DNA of 64,000 bases from Ignavibacteriota bacterium (GCA_963776275.1 CAVZMI010000015.1:32001-96000); one strand, 5' to 3'. Positions 31,902 through 41,440 are shown, counted from the stretch's first letter. Notes: generated by a model from the letters alone, not told the origin. A program made the numbers and translations.

Positions 31902-32099
31902 AATAGTTACCTCCTTGAATTAAAGGGTGTACGCAATACGTGGAGTTGTTCTTAAGGTATTGGACGAAAAAAAATCAATATAGAAAAATATACTAATAGA
32001 CCGAAGGATGTTGTAGCTAAAAATGAAATAAAAATGTCAAAACACAAATCAGAATTATACGACCGTAGAATATTGTCATATCTCGGGATGTCCTGATGG

Positions 32100-32128
32100 A
32101 GTATAAGAAGTATGGGGTGAAAAAGCAA
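32100..32128 (-). promoter_or_regulatory. Sigma70-type promoter P2 (TTGCTT-17-TATACT)
   Basis: Exact spacing; ~200 bp upstream of the ATG at 31901. Confidence 0.7.
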
Positions 32129-32184
32129 GTGCGAGGAAAATTATGTCTAATAACAAAGGTGTCTGTCATATCAGCAAATTACAA

Positions 32185-32236
32185 AGGTTGCCTCAACGTC
32201 CGCACCGCTTTCAGCGGTACGGACGCTCGGCAACCT
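32185..32236 (-). repeat. Long nested palindrome / REP-like hairpin
   Basis: Outer AGGTTGCC/GGCAACCT plus 14-bp inner stem around a TGAAA loop on the minus strand. Confidence 0.65.
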
Positions 32237-32268
32237 GGCTTTTCAATTGTGTAGAAGGGCGGATAATC

Positions 32269-32320
32269 AAGGATACCGTCACTTAAAAAATCCTAAGACG
32301 ACGGTAACCTTTTACTGTTT
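32269..32320 (-). terminator. Terminator T3 after pta (diverged repeat family member)
   Basis: AAGGATACCGTC...GACGGTAACCTTTTACTGTTT. Confidence 0.7.
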
Positions 32321-33307
32321 CTACATCGCACCCATTAAAGCGTTGATTGCCGCGACATTCACTATATCGTCAACGCTGCAGCCGCGCGAGAGGTCGAACG
32401 CCGGTTTCTTCAATCCCTGAATTATCGGCCCTACCGCTTCGGCACCTGCAAGACGCTGCGTAAGTTTGTAACCGATATTCCCCGAATTCAATTCAGGAAA
32501 GATAAGCACGTTTGCGTTGCCCTGGATCGGACTCCCCGGCGCTTTGGATTGGCCAACCTTCGGAACGATAGCCGCATCAAGCTGAAACTCGCCGTCGAGT
32601 ATCAGATTAGGTTGTTTCTTCTTTGCAAGCTCGGTTGCTTTCTGCACTTTTTCGACAAGTGGATGACTTGCGCTTCCCTTTGTAGAGAACGAAAGCATCG
32701 CAACACGGGGTTCCTCGCCGGTAAGCTTCTTATGATTTGCCGCAGTCGTCAGAGCAATATCGGCAAGCTGTTCGGCTGTCGGGTCGGGTACAACGGCACA
32801 ATCGGCAAAAGAGAAAACATGGTCAGGAAATATCATCAGGAAAAAGCTCGAGACTATGTTAATCCCTTCGGCAAGTCCGATCACCTGAAGTCCGGCGCGC
32901 AGAACGTCACCGGTAGTCGATATAGAACCGGACACGCTGCCATCTGCCAGACCCTGCCGCACCATCATTGCACCAAAAAAAAGAGGGTGCAACAATGCTT
33001 TCTGCGCATCCTCGATCGTAATTCCTTTTGCTTTACGGATTTCAGCGAAGAGCTTTGCAAACTCTTCTTTCTTCTCCGATTTTGCCGGTTCAACGATCGG
33101 TATTCCATTCAGCGATACGTTCAGTTTCCCGGCCTTTGTCCGGATCTCCTGTTCATTCCCGATCAATGTTGCACGGACAATCTCCTGGTCTACCAGTTTT
33201 CGTGCAGCCTGAATCGCCCTCTCGTCGATCCCATCGGGAAGGACGATATGTTTTTTGAGGGTTCGGGCTTTCGATTTGATTTCTGTAATAAGAGGTAATT
33301 CAGCCAT
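32321..33307 (-). CDS. pta: Phosphate acetyltransferase
   Basis: FADCAV, AMLSFSTKGS, DGEFQLDAA, GNIGYK, DLSRGCS. Confidence 0.95.
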   Translation of the reverse strand: MAELPLITEIKSKARTLKKHIVLPDGIDERAIQAARKLVDQEIVRATLIGNEQEIRTKAGKLNVSLNGIPIVEPAKSEKKEEFAKLFAEIRKAKGITIEDAQKALLHPLFFGAMMVRQGLADGSVSGSISTTGDVLRAGLQVIGLAEGINIVSSFFLMIFPDHVFSFADCAVVPDPTAEQLADIALTTAANHKKLTGEEPRVAMLSFSTKGSASHPLVEKVQKATELAKKKQPNLILDGEFQLDAAIVPKVGQSKAPGSPIQGNANVLIFPELNSGNIGYKLTQRLAGAEAVGPIIQGLKKPAFDLSRGCSVDDIVNVAAINALMGAM

Positions 33308-33359
33308 GACTCTTTCAGGTTCTGGAATTAATAATCAGTGGACTATAATTTCAGGTTCA

Positions 33360-33388
33360 AATATATCCCTGAATTGCAACAATAGCAA
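33360..33388 (-). promoter_or_regulatory. Putative pta promoter
   Basis: TTGCTA-17-TATATT. Confidence 0.55.
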
Positions 33389-33553
33389 GGAGATAGCTCC
33401 AAAAAATCTGCCGATTTGTCAACCCCCATTTTGAAAAAACCGCATAAATACTTAAAATCTAATTAAAAGAATTTAATGATGCCCTTTCACCTTGACCATA
33501 TGTCATACTTTGACTATATTTTTTCTTGTTCTTCAATCGGGATTGTGTGCTGA

Positions 33554-34915
33554 ATGCTTGGTAGAAAGCGGGTGTACATTGAGACGTATGGCTGCCAGAT
33601 GAATGTGGCTGACTCGGAAGTGGTTTCGAGTATTCTCCACAGCAATGGCTTTGCACTTACCCCCGATATCGCAGAGGCCGATATTGTATTCTTAAACACC
33701 TGCAGTGTCCGCGACAACGCCGAGAAAAAGGTATACAACCGTTTAAAGCACCTTCGACATTACAAGAAAAAAAGACCGGAGGTTCTCATCGGTCTCCTCG
33801 GCTGTATGGCCGAGCGGCTTCGTGCGGCACTCTTCGATTCAAATAGTCTTCTTGATCTGGTTGTCGGTCCTGACGAATACCGGAAGTTACCGTCGCTCAT
33901 TGACGGGGTCTATCGGGGAGAGAAGGGGCTGGCAGTCAGGCTTTCACGGGTTGAGAACTACGACGATATTACCCCGCTCCGCACCGATGGCATCAGTGCT
34001 TGGCTGTCTGTCATGCGCGGCTGCGATAAGTTCTGCAGCTTCTGTGTGGTACCATTCACACGGGGCCGGGAGCGAAGCCGTACTCTCGATTCTATCATCT
34101 GTGAAGTAAGAGGCTTAAGTGCGCGGGGTTTTAGAGAAGTTACCCTGTTGGGACAAAACGTCAACTCATACCGGGACGGCGAGGCTGATTTTGCCGACCT
34201 TCTAGTACGGGTTGCCGAAGTAGATCGATCGATGCGGGTGCGCTTCTTAACTTCTCATCCGCAGGATATGTCGGACCGGTTGATAGAGACAATTGCACGT
34301 CATACAAATATCTGTAATTACATTCATCTGCCGCTGCAATCGGGTTCGGACCGGATTCTGGGATTGATGAATCGGAATTATACCGCCGATCACTATCTCC
34401 GGCTGGTGAAGAAAATTCGCGAAGCAATTCCGGGGGTGGGTCTTTCTACAGATATTATCGCCGGATTTCCATCGGAAACTGATGAAGATCATAAACAAAC
34501 GTTAGCGATAATGGAGCAGGTCCGGTTTGACGGTGCATATATGTTCCGGTATTCGCCGCGGGAGGGTACAAGAGCATGGACATTAAAAGATGATGTTCCG
34601 GAGGAAATAAAAATTGATCGTCTGAATGCTATTATTACACGGCAACAGAAGACTTCATACGAGAATAACCAACGATTCATAGGAACGATAGAAGAGATCC
34701 TTGTTGAAGGGGAGAGCAAGAAGTCTCCGGATAAATGGCAGGGGCGAACCGACACGAATAGGGTAGTGATTTTTCCCCGTGGTGATGCACAGATTGGTGA
34801 AATGATTCGCATAGAAATTCATAGGGCAAATTCAGCGACTCTGTTCGGAGATTATATCATAACAGAATCGGTAATTGATACAGCCGATCAAACAATAAGT
34901 GATTGTGTACGATGA
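33554..34915 (+). CDS. miaB: tRNA-i6A37 methylthiotransferase
   Basis: TYGCQMN, NTCSVR, GCMAE, CDKFCSFC radical-SAM motif, GQNVNSY, TRAM domain. Confidence 0.97.
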   Translation: MLGRKRVYIETYGCQMNVADSEVVSSILHSNGFALTPDIAEADIVFLNTCSVRDNAEKKVYNRLKHLRHYKKKRPEVLIGLLGCMAERLRAALFDSNSLLDLVVGPDEYRKLPSLIDGVYRGEKGLAVRLSRVENYDDITPLRTDGISAWLSVMRGCDKFCSFCVVPFTRGRERSRTLDSIICEVRGLSARGFREVTLLGQNVNSYRDGEADFADLLVRVAEVDRSMRVRFLTSHPQDMSDRLIETIARHTNICNYIHLPLQSGSDRILGLMNRNYTADHYLRLVKKIREAIPGVGLSTDIIAGFPSETDEDHKQTLAIMEQVRFDGAYMFRYSPREGTRAWTLKDDVPEEIKIDRLNAIITRQQKTSYENNQRFIGTIEEILVEGESKKSPDKWQGRTDTNRVVIFPRGDAQIGEMIRIEIHRANSATLFGDYIITESVIDTADQTISDCVR

Positions 34916-35802
34916 AGACATGGATAGTCGTCATTCTTTTTATTATTTCCGGTTTTTTCACAGTCCGGGCGCAGGAAACGGCCGAGCCTGATATTCAGAA
35001 GCGGCTCGATCTTATTAAGCTTGGAAAAATTGAGCAAGTGCGTTCTGAACTTCCGTCGCTTCTAGAGCATTATCCGAATAACCCCGGGATATTATATCTC
35101 CAGGGAGTATTGATAAGTGATGGCGGTGAAGCAGTCCGGACATTTCAAAATTTAATCGATAATTTTTCGAAGAGCGAATGGGCCGACGATGCTCTTTATA
35201 GAATTTATCAATATTATTACGCTCTCGGGTTATACAAAACCGCAGATCAAAAGCTTGAAAAGCTGCGTCAGGATTATCCGCAGTCTCCGTATCTACGAAG
35301 TTTTCAGCAGCAGGCCCGTCTGAATCTTGATATTAATCAAGACGCCGGCATACCGGAGGCACGCAAGCAGGTTGGCGGGCAAGTACCAACTCAGCCCGGG
35401 TCAACCGATGAGACAACCCGGCAAAAAGCTCAGGTACAATCGCCCGCGAGACAACCTGAAGTCAAGCAACAACCGGTCGTAACTGAACGCGCACCGGCAG
35501 TGGTTAAAGAAGAGCCGGCGCCTGCAATAACCGAGAAGAGAGAAACTGTTAAAAAGATTTCCCCAAGCAGTTCTGGTGGATATACAGTTCAAACGGGTGT
35601 TTTTTCGAGTCGTCAAAATGCCGAGCGATACCAATCTGATCTTGGAAGGGCCAACATTACTGCCGAAGTCCGGTTGAGACAGGTCGGTGGGAAAGAAATG
35701 TATGCAGTCTGTGTTGGCACTTATACGACATATGAAGAAGCACAGCGGTACGTTGAGGCATTAAAAGAGAAAAATATTACAGGGATTGTTATAGGTCGGT
35801 GA
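34912..35802 (+). CDS. Secreted TPR + SPOR domain protein
   Basis: Signal peptide; TPR-like helices (WADDALYRI...YPQSPY); Q/P linker; [20 protein letters not shown]. Confidence 0.85.
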   Translation: MKTWIVVILFIISGFFTVRAQETAEPDIQKRLDLIKLGKIEQVRSELPSLLEHYPNNPGILYLQGVLISDGGEAVRTFQNLIDNFSKSEWADDALYRIYQYYYALGLYKTADQKLEKLRQDYPQSPYLRSFQQQARLNLDINQDAGIPEARKQVGGQVPTQPGSTDETTRQKAQVQSPARQPEVKQQPVVTERAPAVVKEEPAPAITEKRETVKKISPSSSGGYTVQTGVFSSRQNAERYQSDLGRANITAEVRLRQVGGKEMYAVCVGTYTTYEEAQRYVEALKEKNITGIVIGR

Positions 35803-36971
35803 CGATGGAGGATCTGAAACATATCGATCATGTGAAATTCCAGATGGAACACGGGATCATCGGAACATCGATAGAAATGCAGGAGATCGTCAATACAATC
35901 CTGCAGGTTGCGCCGACCGATATTACCGTTTTGATCACTGGTGAAAGTGGTGTCGGGAAAGAGATCATTGTAAAAGCAATTCATGCGGCAAGCAAACGAG
36001 CCAATAAAGCTCTGGTAACCGTCAATTGCGGTGCTATACCGGAAGGAATCATCGAAAGCGAATTATTCGGCCATGAGAAAGGCGCATTTACCGGAGCAAC
36101 CGATCAACGCAAAGGCTATTTTGAACTGGCAGATAGCGGAACAATTTTTCTTGATGAGATTGGCGAACTGCCTCCCGCCACGCAGGTGAAATTTCTCCGT
36201 GTTCTTGAGAACGGCGAGTTCATGCGAGTCGGCTCATCGCAGACACGTGAGGTTGATGTCCGCATCATCGCAGCAACGAACCGAAATTTGGAGCAGAGCG
36301 TTCACGCAAAATCTTTTCGGGCTGATTTATTTTTCAGACTCCGGACCGTCAATATTCAGATTCCGCCGCTGAGGAACCATCGTAATGATATTCCGATTCT
36401 TGCTGCAGCATTTGTGAGGGATTTTTGTGAACGAAACAATATGCCGATCCCCGAATTGAATGAAGAAATACTATCGGTTCTTGTGAATTACAACTGGCCG
36501 GGGAATGTCAGAGAATTGCGGAATGTTATTGAAAGCTTACTCGTCATGCACGCGGGGGGAACGATCACAGTGGATGATGTGCGAAAAATTTTACGGGGAT
36601 ATTCAATGAACCATCATGAAGATAGGAATCTTCCGGTAGTGTTGAACAAGACTGCGGAACAGGCCGAACGGGAGTTGATATACCGGGCATTGCTCGATAT
36701 GAAATCGGATATTGTGGAGATCAAGACTCTTTTAAGCCGTTCGATGCCTGCCGGGAGTGTCCCGCTTCCTGTAGGATATGAAGGATCGGCCGTAGAAACC
36801 ACTGCGCATAATGACGATGGTGATACACTGACGCTTGACGAGATGGAACGGAAGATGATTGCTAATGCACTCGATAAATACCTCGGAAATCGGCGTCGGG
36901 CTGCACGTGCATTGAAGATCAGCGAACGCACACTCTATCGGAAAATTAAAGAATATGGGCTTCAGGGGTAG
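35799..36971 (+). CDS. Sigma54-interacting Fis-family activator without receiver domain
   Basis: [30 protein letters not shown]-terminal [16 protein letters not shown]. Confidence 0.95.
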   Translation: MTMEDLKHIDHVKFQMEHGIIGTSIEMQEIVNTILQVAPTDITVLITGESGVGKEIIVKAIHAASKRANKALVTVNCGAIPEGIIESELFGHEKGAFTGATDQRKGYFELADSGTIFLDEIGELPPATQVKFLRVLENGEFMRVGSSQTREVDVRIIAATNRNLEQSVHAKSFRADLFFRLRTVNIQIPPLRNHRNDIPILAAAFVRDFCERNNMPIPELNEEILSVLVNYNWPGNVRELRNVIESLLVMHAGGTITVDDVRKILRGYSMNHHEDRNLPVVLNKTAEQAERELIYRALLDMKSDIVEIKTLLSRSMPAGSVPLPVGYEGSAVETTAHNDDGDTLTLDEMERKMIANALDKYLGNRRRAARALKISERTLYRKIKEYGLQG

Positions 36972-37488
36972 AGCAACGCTCAATCGTCCGTTCTTGTTGA
37001 TACGGGTTGTTCCCTGCATAACAGTTCTGTGCCTTGCGGGGTGTTTTTATTCATTTCGTGGTACATCAGTGCCGTCTCACATGAAGACCATTGCCATTCC
37101 GGTCTTTGATGATCAGAGCGGTCTTGGCCAGGCGGGACTCAGGGACAAATTCACAAGGGATCTTACTGATCTCTTTGTCAGCGATAACACACTTCAGGTG
37201 ACGGATCGCAAATCAGCCGATGCGTTACTGGAAGGAAGTATTTCAACGATTCAGGATCAGGCAGCGGTTGTTGGTTCCGGTGAAGAGGTGAAGAAACGCA
37301 GAATTACGATAACCGTTCATGTCTCTTTTCATGATCTCAAACTCCGGAAGAAAGTCTGGGAAAAAGATTTTTCGAACTGGGGTGATTATGAATCCGGTGG
37401 GGGATTATCACAACGGGATATTGGAATTGACGATGCACTGCAAAAAATTTCCGAAGATATTCTGATCGCCACAGTTTCCGGATGGTAA
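36955..37488 (+). CDS. lptE: LptE-like lipoprotein
   Basis: Lipobox [25 protein letters not shown]-terminal W; follows the sigma54 activator as in Bacteroidota. Confidence 0.75.
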   Translation: MGFRGRATLNRPFLLIRVVPCITVLCLAGCFYSFRGTSVPSHMKTIAIPVFDDQSGLGQAGLRDKFTRDLTDLFVSDNTLQVTDRKSADALLEGSISTIQDQAAVVGSGEEVKKRRITITVHVSFHDLKLRKKVWEKDFSNWGDYESGGGLSQRDIGIDDALQKISEDILIATVSGW

Positions 37489-37545
37489 TAATGGCGATAG
37501 ACATTTTTGACTAAATGTAATAACATTAGAGGTCGCGTATTTCCT

Positions 37546-39015
37546 ATGAATGCCTTTATTTTAATTTCGTATCTGATTTCGCTCATTATTCTTTTCAGCT
37601 TCGGTCTTCATGGCTTTGTGATGGTGTACTATTATATCAAGACTCGGGATATGAAACGTATGCCGACACCACCACTCACCGACTATCCAAGAGTCACAAT
37701 CCAGCTTCCGCTCTATAATGAATTCTATGTTGTACAAAGGCTGATTGATGCTTCATGTGCAATTGATTATCCGAAAGAGAAGATGGAAATTCAGATTCTT
37801 GATGATTCGACAGATGAAACGGTGGGCGTTGTTGACAGGATAGTAAGTGAAAAGCGTACACAGGGATATGACATCGTTCATATCTGCCGTACAAATCGCT
37901 CGGGCTTTAAGGCAGGAGCTCTTAAAGAAGGGCTTGTGACAGCAACGGGAGAGTTCATAGCCATTTTTGATGCCGATTTCGTCCCCAATCATGATTTCCT
38001 CAAACAAACAATCCCGTATTTCAATGATGAAAAGATCGGCATGGTGCAAACTCGTTGGGAACATCTTAACAGCGATTATTCACTTCTGACCCGCACGCAG
38101 GCGATGGCACTTGACGCTCACTTTGTGATCGAGCAGACAGTGCGAAACAAGGCGGGATTTTTCATCAACTTCAACGGCACCGGCGGAGTATGGAGAAAAT
38201 CATGCATACTCGATGCCGGCAATTGGCAGGCTGATACGTTGACGGAAGATCTCGATCTAAGTTATCGTGCGCAGCTCCGCGGATGGAAGTTTAAATTCTT
38301 GAAAGATGTCACATCACCGGCCGAACTTCCATCGGAGATTAATGCGTTGAAGTCGCAACAATTCCGGTGGACAAAGGGTGCGATTGAGACAGCCAGGAAA
38401 ATGCTGCCGCAGGTCTGGAAATCCGCCCTTCCACTTCGGGTAAAATTACAATCGACGGTTCACCTCACCAATAACCTTGTCTTTCCGTTCATTCTACTTG
38501 CAGGAATTTTAAATGTCCCTCTCGGATTTATCAAAAATGGAGGAGGATACGATTCCTATTTTGCAGTCATGTCGGTGTTTGTGCTGGCATTTATCGGTTC
38601 ATTTCTATTTTATCTTTATTCACAAAAAGATATCTATCCCGACTGGCGGCGCAAGATATTTCTCTTCCCGCTCTTCATGGCCGGCAGTATGGGATTTGCG
38701 GTAAACAATACAAAAGCGGTGCTGGAAGGATTATTTAAAAAGAAAAGCGAGTTTGTCCGTACACCGAAATATATGATACAGGGAAAGAAAGATCGCTGGG
38801 TGGATAAGAAATACGTTCCTCTGAAGGTAAGCTGGACGGTGATCGTCGAAGTTATCCTTGCTCTTTATTGTTTCTTTGGTGTTGCATCATCGCTCTATTT
38901 TCTCGAAATTGCCGCAGTACCATTCCAGCTGCTCTTTGCGCTTGGATTCGGTTTTGTTGCATTTCTTTCGGTTCGCCATGCATGGGAAGCCAGAAAAATT
39001 CGAACAATAGGATAA
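37546..39015 (+). CDS. Processive GT2 glycosyltransferase (cellulose-synthase-like family)
   Basis: QLPLYNE, LDDSTD, FKAGAL, DADF, TEDLDL, QQFRW. Confidence 0.93.
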   Translation: MNAFILISYLISLIILFSFGLHGFVMVYYYIKTRDMKRMPTPPLTDYPRVTIQLPLYNEFYVVQRLIDASCAIDYPKEKMEIQILDDSTDETVGVVDRIVSEKRTQGYDIVHICRTNRSGFKAGALKEGLVTATGEFIAIFDADFVPNHDFLKQTIPYFNDEKIGMVQTRWEHLNSDYSLLTRTQAMALDAHFVIEQTVRNKAGFFINFNGTGGVWRKSCILDAGNWQADTLTEDLDLSYRAQLRGWKFKFLKDVTSPAELPSEINALKSQQFRWTKGAIETARKMLPQVWKSALPLRVKLQSTVHLTNNLVFPFILLAGILNVPLGFIKNGGGYDSYFAVMSVFVLAFIGSFLFYLYSQKDIYPDWRRKIFLFPLFMAGSMGFAVNNTKAVLEGLFKKKSEFVRTPKYMIQGKKDRWVDKKYVPLKVSWTVIVEVILALYCFFGVASSLYFLEIAAVPFQLLFALGFGFVAFLSVRHAWEARKIRTIG

Positions 39016-39019
39016 ACTT

Positions 39020-39859
39020 ATGGAAGAGAACGGAAAAATTGCACAACTCGAGGCAAGACTTAATGCCCGGCCAAATTCACCATTATTCGCCCGCTTTGCA
39101 TCAGTACTTCTGGAACAGGGAGAAGTAACACGGGCAATCGAACTCTGTGAAAAAGGTATAGAGGAATATCCCACCTATCCAACGGGATATCTCATTGCAG
39201 CGCAATGCTACTATGCGGCTGGACGGATCGACGATGCTGAGAAAGCGGTTCGATTTATACTGAAGCACCATACGCGCCATACAGGAGCACTGCGATTTCT
39301 TGAAGAGATAAAAGATACGAAGGGCGGAGGAGTATTCTCACAGGTAGGCCACACACAGGCATTTGAGACGTTTAGCCAGAATATGCGGAATGAACTTCTG
39401 GGAACTGAGAATTCACTGGATATAGATGATTTTCTCGCCGAACAACCTGAGAGTCAGGAATCAATCGAGGCACTCGCAGCTTCGCTTGAAGACGCAAAAA
39501 TAACTCCGCAACCCTTTGAAAGCAATTCATTTCAAGAAAATGTCAAAGACACGATACCAATAGATCCTTCGATTGCGACGGTTACGCTTGCCGATATTTA
39601 TGAAAGGCAGGGTCAATACGCCGAGGCAATTGCAATCTATCAAAAACTTATTGAACAGAATCCAGCAGATCGTTTACGGTTTATGCACAAGATAGATGAT
39701 CTTCAGGCCTTATCAACAACAGGGGATTTGACGTATAGTGGAAATTTTGGATATTTCAAAAAAGGCTTCGCCCATAGGGCGGAACCTTTTTTTATGTCCT
39801 CACTACAATTAATAACAGCAACTATCTCGAACAGGAATATAAGGCCGATCCGTTCATGA
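39020..39859 (+). CDS. TPR protein (3' end uncertain)
   Basis: N-terminal TPRs; TVTLADIYERQGQYAEAIAIYQKL motif; annotated tail runs through a terminator. Confidence 0.75.
   Translation: MEENGKIAQLEARLNARPNSPLFARFASVLLEQGEVTRAIELCEKGIEEYPTYPTGYLIAAQCYYAAGRIDDAEKAVRFILKHHTRHTGALRFLEEIKDTKGGGVFSQVGHTQAFETFSQNMRNELLGTENSLDIDDFLAEQPESQESIEALAASLEDAKITPQPFESNSFQENVKDTIPIDPSIATVTLADIYERQGQYAEAIAIYQKLIEQNPADRLRFMHKIDDLQALSTTGDLTYSGNFGYFKKGFAHRAEPFFMSSLQLITATISNRNIRPIRS
39758..39793. terminator. Bidirectional terminator
   Basis: A6-GGCTTCGCCC-ATA-GGGCGGAACC-T7. Confidence 0.7.
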
Positions 39860-39950
39860 TAATAATATGTAACTGATCTTCGTCCTATTTAATAGGAACA
39901 GCGAAAGAGAAACGGATCGATGACGGTATGATTTTAAGTAATGAAAGGAC

Positions 39951-40589
39951 TTAAAACTGGAATAGAATACCAACAGTCGGCATCAGGAGGGCATCGTTGA
40001 TCGTTTTTCCATTAATACTTACAAATGTTGAGTAATATTTGACGGAGAAATCGAGTCCTATGAATCCAAGAAATGGCATCATAATACCGGCACCGATTAC
40101 CGTACAACCGCCAGTTTTTACTTCGGAATTTGTAATCGACTGGAGATTTGGACTGACATTATCATAGGTTATGAAACTCCGGTAAATGCTGAGTCCGATA
40201 CCTCCTTGGATATAGATACGGCTGAAACGATAATTGAGATATGCAATAAGAGGAGAGAATCCTATATAATGTGATGCTGTGGTTTCGTGATTATCATAGA
40301 ATGCAGAAGTCTTTTGTTCGAAACTTGTAAAGATAAAGCCGAATTCGCCTCCTACACTGACATTATTATTGAAGGGTATAAGAACCTGAATACCACCCCC
40401 GAGTCCCCCTTTGAGTGAGACCGATGTTGAAGTTTTCGCCGAAAGAATTGCCTTAGAAGCGTTGCCCGAACTGAGAAGATCGATACAGCCAAAGATCTTA
40501 AGGATTGTTCTTTCATCGTCACCAGTAGCATGGAGAGATGAGACGCTCCAACAAGTCAAAGATAATAATATTAAAACAATTCTCCGCAT
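39951..40589 (-). CDS. Outer-membrane beta-barrel protein
   Basis: Signal peptide; alternating beta-strands; C-terminal Phe (GILFQF). Confidence 0.75.
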   Translation of the reverse strand: MRRIVLILLSLTCWSVSSLHATGDDERTILKIFGCIDLLSSGNASKAILSAKTSTSVSLKGGLGGGIQVLIPFNNNVSVGGEFGFIFTSFEQKTSAFYDNHETTASHYIGFSPLIAYLNYRFSRIYIQGGIGLSIYRSFITYDNVSPNLQSITNSEVKTGGCTVIGAGIMMPFLGFIGLDFSVKYYSTFVSINGKTINDALLMPTVGILFQF

Positions 40590-40670
40590 AGATAGGGTAC
40601 TGTTTGCAGAAATTGTACGAAAAATGAGAGACCCTCTGTCCCGATAATAATACCGGGCAGTAGTAACGCC

Positions 40671-40925
40671 TCACTTCATTCTATTGACAACTTTTGTAAG
40701 CTTCGATTTCTGGTTGGAGGCTTTATTCCAATGAATGACCTTCTTTGCAGCAAGTTGATCGAGCAATTTTACAGCTTTTTTCAGAGCATCTTCGGCTTCA
40801 GCTTTGCTGCCCGCCCTGCGTACCTTTCTCAGCGCCGTTTTCATTCCCGTAATATCAGCTTTGTTTCTCAGACGCCGGTGTGCATTGATACGGACACGTC
40901 TCTCAGCAGATTTGTGTTGTGGCAT
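40671..40925 (-). CDS. rpsT: 30S ribosomal protein S20
   Basis: MPQHKSAERRVR...KKVIHWNKASNQKSKL; AGGAG RBS. Confidence 0.96.
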   Translation of the reverse strand: MPQHKSAERRVRINAHRRLRNKADITGMKTALRKVRRAGSKAEAEDALKKAVKLLDQLAAKKVIHWNKASNQKSKLTKVVNRMK

Positions 40926-40970
40926 TCCTACTCCTGATGAAAATCGATATTCAGAATATAAGTAAACCTC

Positions 40971-40999
40971 AAAATACAAAAAAAAACAAATATAGTCAA
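40971..40999 (-). promoter_or_regulatory. rpsT promoter
   Basis: TTGACT-17-TATTTT. Confidence 0.6.
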
Positions 41000-41031
41000 T
41001 GAGTTTTTCATCAATAAAAGCGGAGAATACT

Positions 41032-41440
41032 ATGAAACATACACACCCTCTCATATAGTCTTTCTCATCTCGTTCATTATGATCGAATGCGAAGCATTCA
41101 GTCAATGGGTAACAAAAGAAAATATGTATTCGGAAAAAACAAACTCATCATCGTTTTCTCCGGATACAATGTCTATTGAAAGCGGATAATCTCTCCCGAT
41201 AAAACATTTCCATTCAATACATCGACGAGGCTATGCTATGGATTGCTGTCCGACGTTTATGTGCAAATCGAAATCTCTGACATTATTTGCCGGCCCGTAA
41301 TGACTCTTATCAATAAACATCAACGGGCCGCCATCTATTCTCCTCTAATTAATTGTGAATTTTTCCCGAGCGGGGTCTATTGGACCCGAATACAGGCGGA
41401 AGAATTTACGGCTGTCAGGAAAATAATATTCCTGAAGTAA
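41032..41440 (+). pseudogene. Decayed T9SS cargo gene (signal peptide + CTD only)
   Basis: GGAG-ATG, then broken-frame IVFLISFIMIECEAFSQW and PFNTST...PSGVYWTRIQAEEFTAVRKIIFLK*. Confidence 0.65.

Noticed and set aside
32195-32230. Group II intron domain V
   Set aside because: No AC bulge, no domain VI and no RT
22931-32320. Hairpins as integron attC sites
   Set aside because: Ends do not fit RYYYAAC/GTTRRRY and no intI is present; T-tracts fit terminators
40926-41105. 60-aa N-terminal extension of S20 in the ORF track
   Set aside because: It spans the promoter; RBS and homology support a start at 40925
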